A DNA stretch of 64,000 nucleotides from Eledone cirrhosa (Eukaryota). How positions within the stretch are numbered: position 1 is the stretch's first letter; every line of letters begins with the position of its first letter. Made by a program: the position numbers and the translations under genes. The stretch lies in assembly GCA_964016885.1 (NCBI GenBank), contig OZ024757.1:16554001-16618000 (forward strand), in the 5' to 3' direction. The notes beneath the pieces are model-generated. The model made no database searches. It was not told where the DNA came from and was given only the letters and a program-made list of their open reading frames with translations. Shown one piece after another: positions 14,493 to 27,577 of the stretch.

Positions 14493-15442
14493 CTAGCAGT
14501 AAAGCCCGGCGTTGCTCGGGGTCGCTCAGTAGCTGTGTTAAAGTTACAATGTTAAGTTTCTTTCTTGGCTTAAAAACTGTAGTGTCTACTGTGCAGACTT
14601 GCATGTGATGTTTTTGATTAATATTCCCTCAACCAACAATATGCCTTATGAAGTTAAGAAAACATAACGATAACCCGAATGTTATAACAAAAGAGGATGC
14701 TGGGGATAGAAACTGCACTGGTTATTTATTAACAAAGATCGAAAATGTAAACACTGCAACGCAGAGAAAAACATTAGCGTAACCAAATTATCAGTTATGT
14801 CTGTCTGCACGCCTATATCACCTCTCTGCACGACTGTCTGTCTGCACGCCTATATCACCTCTCTGCACGACTGTCTGTCTGCACGCCTATATCACCTCTC
14901 TGCACGACTGTCTGTCTGCACGCCTATATCACCTCTCTGCACGACTGTCTGTCTGCACGCCTATATCACCTCTCTGCACGACTGTCTGTCTGCACGACTG
15001 TCTGTCTGCACGCCTAACGACGAAATATTTGCTTGTTTTACGTAGTCTTTAAATAGACTTGTTTTCAAGTAAAAATATTGTTTTAAAATGCTTTTAAATG
15101 GAAATGAAGCAAAACGGAAGCTTAGTGTTCGAACTGATGAATTTTGCAGGTCAATATTTTGCTGGCTCGACAACTGTTAAAGCCAGCGTAATTTTTTACG
15201 TAAGACGCTCAATGTAAACAGAACAAAGGGAAATAACTGATAACTTACGCTCAAAAATCGATACATTATATTCGATTTCGTCACATAGGGTGGGTCAATT
15301 TGAAATTTTTTTTTCCGATGTCTTCGCTAGGGCTCAATGTACAAGTATAGCAATTTCGGTGCAATTCCGTGAGAGATTCTAAGAGGAGATGTGTGCCAAA
15401 AATCGATAGACAGACAGACAACCACAGTTTTATATATATAGA
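14493..15442 (-). mobile_element. Non-autonomous Helitron (Lep1-like), 950 bp
   Basis: Minus strand starts TC (TCTATATATATAAAACTG..(CTGT)n) and ends with hairpin CCCGAGCAACGCCGGG then CTAG; inserted between A and T. Confidence 0.8.
14798..15016 (+). repeat. 37-bp minisatellite (about 5.5 copies) inside the Helitron
   Basis: Unit TGTCTGTCTGCACGCCTATATCACCTCTCTGCACGAC. Confidence 0.95.
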
Positions 15443-15498
15443 TATATATATGTATGTGTATATATATGAATATATATGTATATATATATATCATTATA

Positions 15499-15684
15499 TG
15501 GATTGGCAGTATCGGTAGAGGGTCGGACGCCATGCTTTGTAGCATAGAGTTACGTCCCTTTATGATCTGAGTTCAAATCCTGCCGAGGTTAACTTTACCT
15601 TTCATCCTTACGGAGTCGATAAAATAAAGTACCAGTAATGTACTGGGTAGTTGCTGGCCTTGTGCCTAAAATAGAAACAATTAT
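15499..15684 (+). mobile_element. Family A SINE
   Basis: Matches family A head, B-box, core and tail. Confidence 0.85.
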
Positions 15685-15696
15685 ATCATATATATA

Positions 15697-15732
<36 letters not shown>

Positions 15733-15733
<1 letters not shown>

Positions 15734-15896
15734 ACAAAGGAAATGTGGTAAGGAACCAGGTGGACCATAACGCACCAAAGTACTCAATACTTAGGATAGT
15801 AGAGTGGGTAATAGGAACAAGTAAGACCCCGACGGCTGAGCTCAAGCCGTTTCGACGGCTAATTCTCTGAGAATTAGCCGTCGAAACGGCTTGAGC
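15733..15896 (-). mobile_element. Family B fold-back element
   Basis: Tail plus palindrome centred on CTAATTCTCTGAGAATTAG; flanked by (TA)n. Confidence 0.8.
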
Positions 15897-16017
15897 ATAT
15901 ATATATATATATATATGTTATTTATATATATATATTTATATATATGGTATTTATATATATATATTTATATATATATTATAAATATATATATATATATTAT
16001 ATATATATAGATTATAT

Positions 16018-16048
<31 letters not shown>

Positions 16049-16277
16049 TTATAACATATATATATAAATATATATATATATATACACTGAGAATATTTGT
16101 TCCGAAGTTATTGGAAGTGTCCGAGGAACCTGCAGTTCCAGAATCAGACAGACCCATACAATGATCGTGTCTCGAGCCGTCTGCCGGCGAAACAATTGTA
16201 ACACACAATAAATTGAGTCCAGATGCATCACTGATTTTTCGTTTTATATTATATATATATACATATATATTATATAT

Positions 16278-16310
<33 letters not shown>

Positions 16311-16316
16311 TATATA

Positions 16317-16652
16317 TTGGTTGGTTCCACAACCAGATGGTTGTTTATATATTGTCAAAGTTCTTTCATCACACATTCTGTGACCTCTTCAGTGACTGGG
16401 GATTCTTTTCTTTGTTTGTGTGCCTCTCCTTTGTTCTGTCCTACGCCATCTTGTTTTTGTGTCACTGAAGAGGTCATAGAATGTGTGACGAAAGAACTTT
16501 GACAATATATGAACAATCCTCTGGTTGTGGAACCAACCAACCGGAAATTTATAAATTCCTAAATTTATAAATTTAATTTATAATAAATTGAAGTGAAGCA
16601 TCTGGTGCGTGTGTTTCTTATTGGCAACATGACCCTCCCAAAATATAACAAT
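16317..16652. mobile_element. Fold-back element with two opposed hammerheads (16354-16396 minus, 16461-16503 plus)
   Basis: GUCA-CUGAAGA-GGUCA..UGAC-GAAAG-AA-CUU/UGAC; arms about 80 bp with a few mismatches; related motif at 58413-58454 (minus). Confidence 0.8.
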
Positions 16653-16836
16653 ATACATATGCATATATATATATATATATACATGTATATATATATACAT
16701 ATATATATATACATAATATATACATATATATGTATATATATATATGCATATGTATATATTTATGTGTGTGCGTGTGTATGTGTGTGTGTGTGTGTGCATG
16801 TTTATATATATGCATACATAAATGTTTGTATGCATT

Positions 16837-16883
<47 letters not shown>

Positions 16884-17112
16884 ACATACACACACACACA
16901 CATCTAGATAGGTATACATACACACATACATATACTCTCATATATAGGTATACGTACATTGCCAGGCACATGTGCCGTAAAATGGTGGCTGTGAAAAGTC
17001 AGAGCAGTTTTACGTCATGACTACTGGTTGCTCCTGGTAACGGAATGGTACAACCTTTAGTAACGATGGCGACAGCTAAATGAACACTGACTGAACATTA
17101 CAGAGACAAATC

Positions 17113-17116
17113 AACA

Positions 17117-17157
<41 letters not shown>

Positions 17158-17170
17158 CACTACCACTACC

Positions 17171-17232
<62 letters not shown>

Positions 17233-17449
17233 CACTACCACTACTAATGCTACTACTACTACTACTTCTAATACTACTACTACTACCACTACTAATACTA
17301 CTACTGCTACAACTACTACTACTCTGCTGCTACTGCTACTACTAATTCTACTTCCACTTCTACTACCACTACTACTATTGCTACTACTACTACCACTATC
17401 ACTACTACTACTACCATCATCACTACTACTACTACCACTACTACTACTA

Positions 17450-17495
<46 letters not shown>

Positions 17496-17612
17496 CATCA
17501 CTACTACTACTACTACTACTACCACTACTACTACTACTACTACCATCAGCACTACTACTACCACCACTACTACTACTACCACTACTACCACTACTACTAC
17601 TACTACCATCAT

Positions 17613-17672
<60 letters not shown>

Positions 17673-18048
17673 TACTGCTACTACTACTACTACCATCATC
17701 ACTACTACTACTACTACTACTACTACTACCATCATCACTACTACAACTATCACTACAACTACAATCATCACCATTGCCGCCACTAGTTCTACGACTACCA
17801 CCACTGTATCTACTACTACAACTACTATAACCACAACTACTACTACTACTACCTCCACTACTACTACCACCATCACTACTACTACTACTACTAACATTAC
17901 TAACACACCAGTGACTGTATTTAACGAGTAAGCCTGCGTCTCGCTGTCAGAAATAGCAGCCAAATTCTCTCAAATTACACCTTCAACCAATAAGCTCTAT
18001 CACCACTACCACCACTACTACCACCATCTCTACTACTACTACTACTAT

Positions 18049-18080
<32 letters not shown>

Positions 18081-18081
18081 T

Positions 18082-18129
<48 letters not shown>

Positions 18130-18148
18130 CACTACTACTACCTCTACC

Positions 18149-18191
<43 letters not shown>

Positions 18192-18535
18192 TTACTACTA
18201 CCACTACCACTACGTCTACTACTACTACTACCACTACTGCTACCAATACTAGTACTACTACTACTACCACTAAGACCATTACTATCAGTAACACCACAAC
18301 AGCCAGTAATGCTACCATAATGATACTACTACCACCACCACTGCCACTAACACCACCACCAACACTACTATCACCTCTACCACAACTATCTCCAATCTCA
18401 ACACCACCATCGTCACCAGTAGCACCCTTACCACCAACCACTAACACCATGTCTACCTCAACCATTACCCCAACAACCACCACTACTACCACCACTACCA
18501 TCACCACCACTAACACCACCACTACCACCACCACC
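17113..18535. repeat. Degenerate (ACT)n/(ACC)n trinucleotide array
   Basis: Direct reading; short unique insert at about 17905-17995. Confidence 0.95.
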
Positions 18536-18556
18536 ATATATATATATATATATATA

Positions 18557-18687
18557 CCCCGACGGCAGAGCTCAAGCCGTTTCGACGGCTATTTCTGGAC
18601 TTTTTTCCGATTTCCCACTCTACTACCCTAAGTATTGAGTACTCTGGTGCGTTATGGTCCATTTGGTTCCTTACCACAATTCCTTTG

Positions 18688-18690
<3 letters not shown>
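18557..18690. mobile_element. Family B element with one arm missing
   Basis: Inverted arm joined directly to the tail. Confidence 0.75.
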
Positions 18691-18764
<74 letters not shown>

Positions 18765-18767
<3 letters not shown>

Positions 18768-19097
18768 GATATTAAACAAATGGAAACTATATTTATAAAA
18801 CTATATTTATTTCGTTATATATATTTCTGGGATATCATATTAAAAATATGTTATGCCTTTCTCAGACAAAATACAATACATAAGCTGTTTTATAAATAAT
18901 TAGTGACATACCATGTGATAATGCAACTTCCTTATGATATCCCAGAAATATATATAACGAAATAAATATAGTTTTATAAATATAGTTTCCATTTGTTTAA
19001 TATCGTAAACCTACTCCAGAAACTGTTGAGTGCTTTTATATCAGTTATAAAATATTTACTCGTTGTAACCCAACAATCTTAAATAAAACTTTTGCAT
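18765..19097 (-). mobile_element. Family D element with internal inverted duplication; hammerhead-like motif at 18808-18873
   Basis: 18765-18838 is the reverse complement of 18933-19007; core variant CUGAGAA. Confidence 0.75.
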
Positions 19098-19119
19098 ATA
19101 TATATATATATATATATTT

Positions 19120-19175
19120 ACTGCTATATATATTTCGATGATAGCCATTGAATGGCTATGACCTCATCAGGCAGT
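19120..19175 (-). ncRNA. Type I hammerhead motif
   Basis: ACUGC-CUGAUGA-GGUCAUAGCCA-UUCAA-UGGCUAUCAUC-GAA-AUAUAUAU-A/GCAGU. Confidence 0.8.
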
Positions 19176-19234
19176 TAGTCAGTTCTTAGATATGCCAGCT
19201 CTGTGTTTATAGTTTTGATGGTAGCCTTGGGGCA

Positions 19235-19455
<221 letters not shown>

Positions 19456-19458
19456 TAT

Positions 19459-19674
<216 letters not shown>

Positions 19675-19757
19675 CATGACAAAATGAAGACAACAAATGT
19701 TACTGGAGTTATAATTGAATTTTCTGACTATAACATTAATTATTTGTTAATTACTGT

Positions 19758-22700
19758 ATGGTGGTAGTGGTGGTGGTGGTGGTGGTGTCGGTGGTAGTTG
19801 TGGTGATGGTAGTAGTAGTGGTGGTGGTGGTGGTGGTGTCGGTGGTAGTTGTGGTGATGGTAGTAGTAGTGGTGGTCGTGGTGGTGATGATGGTGAAGAC
19901 TGTGATGATCGTGAGGGTGGTCGTGGTGGTGGTGGTGGTGGTGTCGGTGGTAGTTGTGGTGATGGTAGTAGTAGTGGCGGTGGTGATGGTGGAGACTGTG
20001 ATTGGTCGTGAGGGTGGTGGTGGTGGTGGTGGTGGTGTCGGTGGTAGTTGTGGTGATGGTAGTAGTAGTGGTCGTGGTGGTGGCGATGGTGGAGACTGTG
20101 ATGATCGTGAGGGTGGTCGTGGTGGTGGTGGTGGTGGTGTCGGTGGTAGTTGTGGTGATGGTAGTAGTAGTGGCGGTGGTGATGGTGGAGACTGTGATTG
20201 GTCGTGAGGGTGGTGGTGGTGGTGGTGGTGGTGTCGGTGGTAGTTGTGGTGATGGTAGTAGTGGTGGTCGTGGTGGTGATGATGGTGAAGACTGTGATGA
20301 TCGTGAGGGTGGTGGTAGTGGTGGTGGTGGTGTCGGTGGTAGTTGTGGTGATGGTAGTAGTAGTGGTCGTGGTGGTGATGATGGTGGAGACTGTGATGAT
20401 CGTGAGGGTGGTCGTGGTGGTGGTGGTGGTGGTGTCGGTGGTAGTTGTGGTGATGGTAGTAGTAGTGGTGTGGTGATGGTGAAGACTGTGATGATCGTGA
20501 GGGTGGTGGTAGTGGTGGTGGTGGTGTCGGTGGTAGTTGTGGTGATGGTAGTAGTAGTGGTGGGTGGTGGTGGTGATGGTGGAGACTGTGATGATCGTGA
20601 GGGTGGTCGTGGTGGTGGTGGTGGTGGTGTCGGTGGTAGTTGTGGTGATGGTAGTAGTAGTGGTGGTGGTGATGGTGAAGACTGTGATGATCGTGAGGGT
20701 GGTGGTAGTGGTGGTGGTGGTGTCGGTGGTAGTTGTGGTGATGGTAGTAGTAGTGGTCGTGGTGGTGATGATGGTGGAGACTGTGATGATCGTGAGGGTG
20801 GTCGTGGTGGTGGTGGTGGTGGTGTCGGTGGTAGTTGTGGTGATGGTAGTAGTAGTGGTGGTGGTGATGGTGAAGACTGTGATGATCGTGAGGGTGGTGT
20901 GGTGGTGGTGGTGGTGTCGGTGGTAGTTGTGGTGATGGTAGTAGTAGTGGTGGTGGTGGTGATGATGGTGGAGACTGTGATGATCGTGAGGGTGGTGTGG
21001 TGGTGGTGGTGGTGTCGGTGGTAGTTGTGGTGATGGTAGTAGTAGTGGTCGTGGTGGTGATGATGGTGGAGACTGTGATGATCGTGAGGGTGGTGTGGTG
21101 GTGGTGTCGGTGGTAGTTGTGGTGATGGTAGTAGTAGTGGTGGTGGTGGTGGTGGTGTCGGTGGTAGTTGTGGTGATGGTAGTAGTAGTGGTGGTGGTGG
21201 TGATGATGGTGGAGACTGTGATGATCGTGAGGGTGGTGTGGTGGTGGTGGTGGTGGTGTCGGTGGTAGTTGTGGTGATGGTAGTAGTAGTGGTGGTGATG
21301 GTGATGATGGTGGAGACTGTGATGATCGTGAGGGTGGTCGTGGTGGTGGTGGTGGTGTCGGTGGTAGTTGTGGTGATGGTAGTAGTAGTGGTGGTGGTGG
21401 TGATGATGGTGGAGACTGTGATGATCGTGAGGGTGGTCGTGGTGGTGGTGGTGGTGGTGTCGGTGGTAGTTGTGGTGATGGTAGTAGTAGTGGTGGTGGT
21501 GATGGTGAAGACTGTGATGATCGTGAGGGTGGTGGTAGTGGTGGTGGTGGTGTCGGTGGTAGTTGTGGTGATGGTAGTAGTAGTGGTCGTGGTGGTGATG
21601 ATGGTGGAGACTGTGATGATCGTGAGGGTGGTCGTGGTGGTGGTGGTGGTGGTGTCGGTGGTAGTTGTGGTGATGGTAGTAGTAGTGGTGGTGGTGATGG
21701 TGAAGACTGTGATGATCGTGAGGGTGGTGTGGTGGTGGTGGTGGTGTCGGTGGTAGTTGTGGTGATGGTAGTAGTAGTGGTGGTGGTGGTGATGATGGTG
21801 GAGACTGTGATGATCGTGAGGGTGGTCGTGGTGGTGGTGGTGGTGGTGTCGGTGGTAGTTGTGGTGATGGTAGTAGTAGTGGTGGTGGTGATGGTGAAGA
21901 CTGTGATGATCGTGAGGGTGGTGGTAGTGGTGGTGGTGGTGTCGGTGGTAGTTGTGGTGATGGTAGTAGTAGTGGTCGTGGTGGTGATGATGGTGGAGAC
22001 TGTGATGATCGTGAGGGTGGTCGTGGTGGTGGTGGTGGTGGTGTCGGTGGTAGTTGTGGTGATGGTAGTAGTAGTGGTGGTGGTGATGGTGAAGACTGTG
22101 ATGATCGTGAGGGTGGTGTGGTGGTGGTGGTGGTGTCGGTGGTAGTTGTGGTGATGGTAGTAGTAGTGGTGGTGGTGGTGATGATGGTGGAGACTGTGAT
22201 GATCGTGAGGGTGGTCGTGGTGGTGGTGGTGGTGGTGTCGGTGGTAGTTGTGGTGATGGTAGTAGTAGTGGTGGTGGTGATGGTGAAGACTGTGATGATC
22301 GTGAGGGTGGTGGTAGTGGTGGTGGTGGTGTCGGTGGTAGTTGTGGTGATGCTAGTAGTAGTGGTCGTGGTGGTGATGATGGTGGAGACTGTGATGATCG
22401 TGAGGGTGGTCGTGGTGGTGGTGGTGGTGGTGTCGGTGGTAGTTGTGGTGATGGTAGTAGTAGTGGTGGTGGTGATGGTGAAGACTGTGATGATCGTGAG
22501 GGTGGTGTGGTGGTGGTGGTGGTGTCGGTGGTAGTTGTGGTGATGGTAGTAGTAGTGGTGGTGGTGGTGATGATGGTGGAGACTGTGATGATCGTGAGGG
22601 TGGTGTGGTGGTGGTGGTGGTGTCGGTGGTAGTTGTGGTGATGGTAGTAGTAGTGGTCGTGGTGGTGATGATGGTGGAGACTGTGATGATCGTGAGGGTG

Positions 22701-23628
22701 GTGTGGTGGTGGTGTCGGTGGTAGTTGTGGTGATGGTAGTAGTAGTGGTGGTGGTGGTGGTGGTGTCGGTGGTAGTTGTGGTGATGGTAGTAGTAGTGGT
22801 GGTGGTGGTGATGATGGTGGAGACTGTGATGATCGTGAGGGTGGTGTGGTGGTGGTGGTGGTGGTGTCGGTGGTAGTTGTGGTGATGGTAGTAGTAGTGG
22901 TGGTGATGGTGATGATGGTGGAGACTGTGATGATCGTGAGGGTGGTCGTGGTGGTGGTGGTGGTGTCGGTGGTAGTTGTGGTGATGGTAGTAGTAGTGGT
23001 GGTGGTGGTGATGATGGTGGAGACTGTGATGATTGTGAGGGTGGTGTGGTGGTGGTGGTGGTGGTGTCGGTGGTAGTTGTGGTGATGGTAGTAGTAGTGG
23101 TGGTGGTGGTGATGATGGTGGAGACTGTGATGATCGTGAGGGTGGTCGTGGTGGTGGTGGTGGTGTCGGTGGTAGTTGTGGTGATGGTAGTAGTGGTGGC
23201 GGTGGTGATGGTGGAGACTGTGATTGGTCGTGAGGGTGGTGGTGGTGGTGGTGGTGTCGGTGGTAGTTGTGGTGATGGTAGTAGTAGTGGTGGTGATGGT
23301 GGCGACTGTGATGATCGTGAGGGTGGTGGTGGTGGTGGTGGTGGTGGTGTCGGTGGTAGTTGTGGTGATGGTAGTAGTAGTGGTGGTCGTGGTGATGATG
23401 GTGGAGACTGTGATGATCGTGATGGTGGTCGTGGTGGTGGTGATGGTGTCGGTGGTAGTTGTGGTGATGGTAGTAGTAGTGGTGGTGGTGGTGATGATGG
23501 TGGAGACTGTGATGATCGTGAGGGTGGTGGTAGTGGTGGTGGTGGTGTCGGTGGTAGTTGTGGTGATGCTAGTAGTAGTGGTGGTGGTGGTGATGATGGT
23601 GGAGACTGTGATGATCGTGAGGGTGGTG
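19758..23628. repeat. 3.9-kb complex (GGT)-based minisatellite
   Basis: Unit of about 85-100 bp built on GGTGTCGGTGGTAGTTGTGGTGATGGTAGTAGTAGT...GACTGTGATGATCGTGAGG, with variable (GGT)n. Confidence 0.95.
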
Positions 23629-24295
23629 GCGTGTTGTTATTGCCATTATCAACTTTATGTACATACATATATGATGGCTGTAACTCGATTTCTAGTAATA
23701 CCATCACTTGATATTTTACCATTAGCACCACGGAAATGGCTTTGTAGTCCTGCTGGGGATTTGTCTCTGACCAGCCATGTCAGCATCGTAAAAATGTCGC
23801 ATATCAAGCGATGTCTGTTCTTGAAGCTTTTTAAAGGAGGAAAGGCTTTGCATGGGGCCAGTCCCATTCTCTGAACATCGAATGCATTTACTCAAAAGCT
23901 AAATAGGATAGACTCCAAGCCATCCTATTTATTTTATAACATGGGTTTTCTAGTAATGTACTTTTTTGTCATGTATAATGTTTCTTTAATGTCTAAAGAA
24001 AATTAACTGTCGCAGGAATGGCTACCATTTAGAGTAAAATTTCGCCGGAGATAGATTAGCACAATTTAATAAGTGGTGGTAAGAAGGCGGGAAGGGTGGA
24101 AAAGATCTGAAAAATTAATAAGCTGGGGAGGGTGTGCATTATTGGAGACATGAGATTACATATATCAGATAGTTATCTACTTGAGTCTTACGAGGAAGTC
24201 ACTGACTGTGGCGCTCTAAACTCGCTAATCTACTTTTTCTAGACCCTACAAACAAAGCTGCACATATGCACTTCATTCTGCATGTCTGTTTGTGA

Positions 24296-24605
24296 CAATG
24301 CGTGGCTTTTTCGTTAGGGTATTCGGCTTACAATCGTAAGGTTCTGTGTTCGATTCCCGGTGGCGCGTTTTATTTCATTTTATTTCACATTGCTCCACTC
24401 CACTCAGCTGGCAAAAATGAGTTGTACCTGTAGTTCGAATGGCCAGCCTTGTCACATTCTGTGTCGTGCTGAATCTCCATGAGAACTACGTTAAGGGTAC
24501 GCGTGTCTGTGGAATGCTCAGCCACTTGCACGTTAATTTCATGAGCAGGCTGCTCCGTTGATCGGATCAACTGGAACACTCATCATCGTAACCGACGGAG
24601 TGCCT
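24296..24605 (+). mobile_element. tRNA-derived SINE (third family); related minus copies at 25690-26000 and 55260-56060
   Basis: Head GCGTGGCT..GTTAGGG...GTTCGATTCCCGG; body GAGAACTACGTTAAGGGTACGCGTGTCTGTGGAATGCTCAGCCACTTGCACGTTAATTTC. Confidence 0.75.
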
Positions 24606-24939
24606 TACACATGCCTGTATGTATGTAAATGTAACTCCTACTGGCGTCGTAGGAGGTGCTTTAGTGACATACGGTGTGTCTTAGGTGCTTAAAACCTGGC
24701 GGAACCCATCTCATCTCCAGGTTTGAACACAATCGGTTTCTTCTCGAGAAAGAGACAGAGTGGAAAACAGTAGTCGACTGGTATTTTTTCATCGACCTTT
24801 TATCGAAAATGTGAATGGTAAAGTTGACCTCGGTAGGATTTGAACACGGAATACAGAAAGCAAGAACGAATACTGAAACCATTCTATCTGACGTTCTCAC
24901 GACTCTGCCAGTTCGCCGCCAGCATATTAGTAAACAGAG

Positions 24940-25391
24940 GTGTGTTCTAATGTATTCCTGTGAGTCTTGGACAATAACAGCAGATCTAGAAAAGGGGAGA
25001 CAGGCTATGGAGATGAGATGCTTCAGAAAGTTCCTTGGCATCACCAACAGAGATCGCCTCTCCAATGAGGAGGAACAAAACAGAATTTGGTAAACCATCG
25101 GGCCCTACGAAGACCTACTGACCATTGTAAAACAACGCAAATTGAGATGGTACGGGAACTTGACAAGATCTTCAGGGCTTTCCAAGACTGTCCTGCAGGG
25201 ACCACTACAAGGAGGGAGGAAAAGAAGCACACAGAGAGAGGGGATGACAACATCCCTGAATAGATAGGCATGAGGCTGGATGCAACCATGGGGAGGGCGA
25301 AGAGTTGAGAGGAATGGAAAGAGCTGGTTGCCAGGTCATCTGTGATGTCCCAAAGGTCCACCAGACTACGGGAAGATGAGATGAGATGAGA
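24940..25391 (+). pseudogene. 3' fragment of an RTE-clade LINE
   Basis: LMYSCESWT..AMEMRCFRKFLGI..DRLSNEE...KQRKLRWYG; contains stops and frameshifts; (ATGAG)n tail. Confidence 0.85.
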
Positions 25392-27112
25392 GGTTCTATT
25401 GTCATAACGATCAGCCTTTGTGATCCATCAATAAATTTGCAAGCCGTCTCACATGATCCATATTTTAGGCTATATTGTAGTCAATATTGGCTCTGGCTTT
25501 CCAAACAGTTTTCGTCTACACAATTTCACTGACAAGGTTTTTGTGTTCAACTCCTCGAGACCCATGGTAAACGACAGCTGCTTAAGATGCGATGCAATCG
25601 GATGAAACCCTGGACCTTTTGATTCGTGTGTGAACTCCTTTACCGTTCGGCCATGCCATACTGTACTCACACCAGATTGGTGGAATGGTCATCCGTCGGT
25701 TTCGCGGATCACTGCTCCAGTTGTTTGATAAACGGAACAGGCTGCTCGTGAAATTAACGTGCAAGTGGCTGAGCATTTTACAGGCACGTGTAACTTTCAG
25801 GTAATTCTTAGGCAGATTCAGCACGACACAAGGTGTGGCAAGGCTGGACCTTTTGAATTACAGGTAAGTTCAATCCGACGGGCTTGCAAACAGTTTCCGT
25901 CTGCCCAAAACTTTATTCACATATCATGGGTCGACTTGAATCTATGATATATGGTATAATGACATTTAACCAAGATGCCCCACGGTGGGATTGAACGCAA
26001 GATTTTATGGATATCAAAGGAATCTCTTTACTACCCGATCAAGTATTGTGTGTGGTATTCACAACATGGCTGACGTGGGAAATACCTCAGGGCGCCTTCT
26101 GCGTACTGAATACAAATATGTTAGGGTGTAGAGTATAACCATGCTAAATTCTGTTTAGTTAACATTCTCTCTTTCATTAGACGAACCTCCAGCTCTCACT
26201 GTATAACAGCCTCGTGTGCTGACTTTGTTATTACATAATAAACATTTACACCTACTCTCTTTCTCTCCCATTCTCTTTCCCTTTCCCCTTCTCTCTCCCT
26301 CTCCCTCACTTACCCTCTCCCTCGCTCTCTCTCACATCCTCTCTCTCACCCTCTCTCTCACCGCCTCTCTCTCCGTACATATATATTTTTTTTCTCTCTT
26401 TCTCACCCCATCTCTCTATATATATTTTTCTCTCCCTCTCTCACCCTCTCCATCACTCTCTCTCTCTCACATCCTCTCTCTCAACTCCCTCTCTCTCTCT
26501 ATATATATATATATATCTTTTTTCCCTCTTTCTCTCTCTTACCCCTTTCTCTCTCTCACTCACCCTCTCTCTCTCACATCCTCTCTCTCAACTCCCTCTC
26601 TCTCTATATATAAATATATATCTTTTTTCCCTCTTTCTCTCTCTTACCCCTTTCTCTCTCTCTCTCACTCACCCTCTCTCTCTCTTTATCCATTTATCAT
26701 CCTCTATCTCTCACCACCTCTCTCTTATTCTCTCTCACTCCCTCTCCCTTTCTCTCCCACTCTCTCTCTCTCTCAAACTCTGCCACTCTCTCACACCTTC
26801 TCTTTCTCTCTCACGCACACACACACATACATACGCAGTGTGCGCACTTGTACTCACACATATATATTGCAAGTTATATATATTTAAGTTTATATATATT
26901 TGTGTGTGTGTGTGTGTGTGTATCTTAATTTATATTACAGTTCTGGAGTCTTTGTAAAGTATGTAATGCTCTTGAAACTCATTAAAAGAGACAGTTTTCT
27001 ATCATTGAACCCGGATTGGTTACGAGTGGGTTGGTATCAAAATATTTCAGAAACTGAACAGATGTTTTAGGTACTGTTTCTAATAAGTCGAACGACAAAT
27101 TAGAGACCACAG

Positions 27113-27209
<97 letters not shown>

Positions 27210-27294
27210 GGAAAAATTTGAACAGGGACAAAACAGAGAAGCAGTACAACGAATGTTTATTAATTTCACGCTCTGGAGAGTGGGGTGTTGGTGA

Positions 27295-27521
27295 TGCAAA
27301 AGTTCTATTTAAAATTGTTGGGATACAACAAGTAAATATTTTTTAATATTTTCCAAAAATAATGGTCGCATTTTAAAAGGGTACGTCAAAACTTATTTGT
27401 AAAACTGTTATATATTGTATTTTGTCTGATGAAGGCATACCATAATTTAATTTGGTATCCCTTAAATATGTATAATGAAATAAATATGCTTTTATAAATA
27501 TAGTTTCCATTTATTAATATC

Positions 27522-27523
<2 letters not shown>
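27295..27523 (+). mobile_element. Family D short element; hammerhead with mutated GAAA
   Basis: CUGAUGA at 27426, stem II GGCAUACCA/UGGUAUCC, then UAAA. Confidence 0.7.

Positions 27524-27574
<51 letters not shown>

Positions 27575-27577
<3 letters not shown>

Noticed and set aside
22352-23731. 459-aa Pro/Thr/His-rich ORF (mucin or extensin-like)
   Set aside because: Stop-free strand of the GGT minisatellite; the frame drifts with repeat indels
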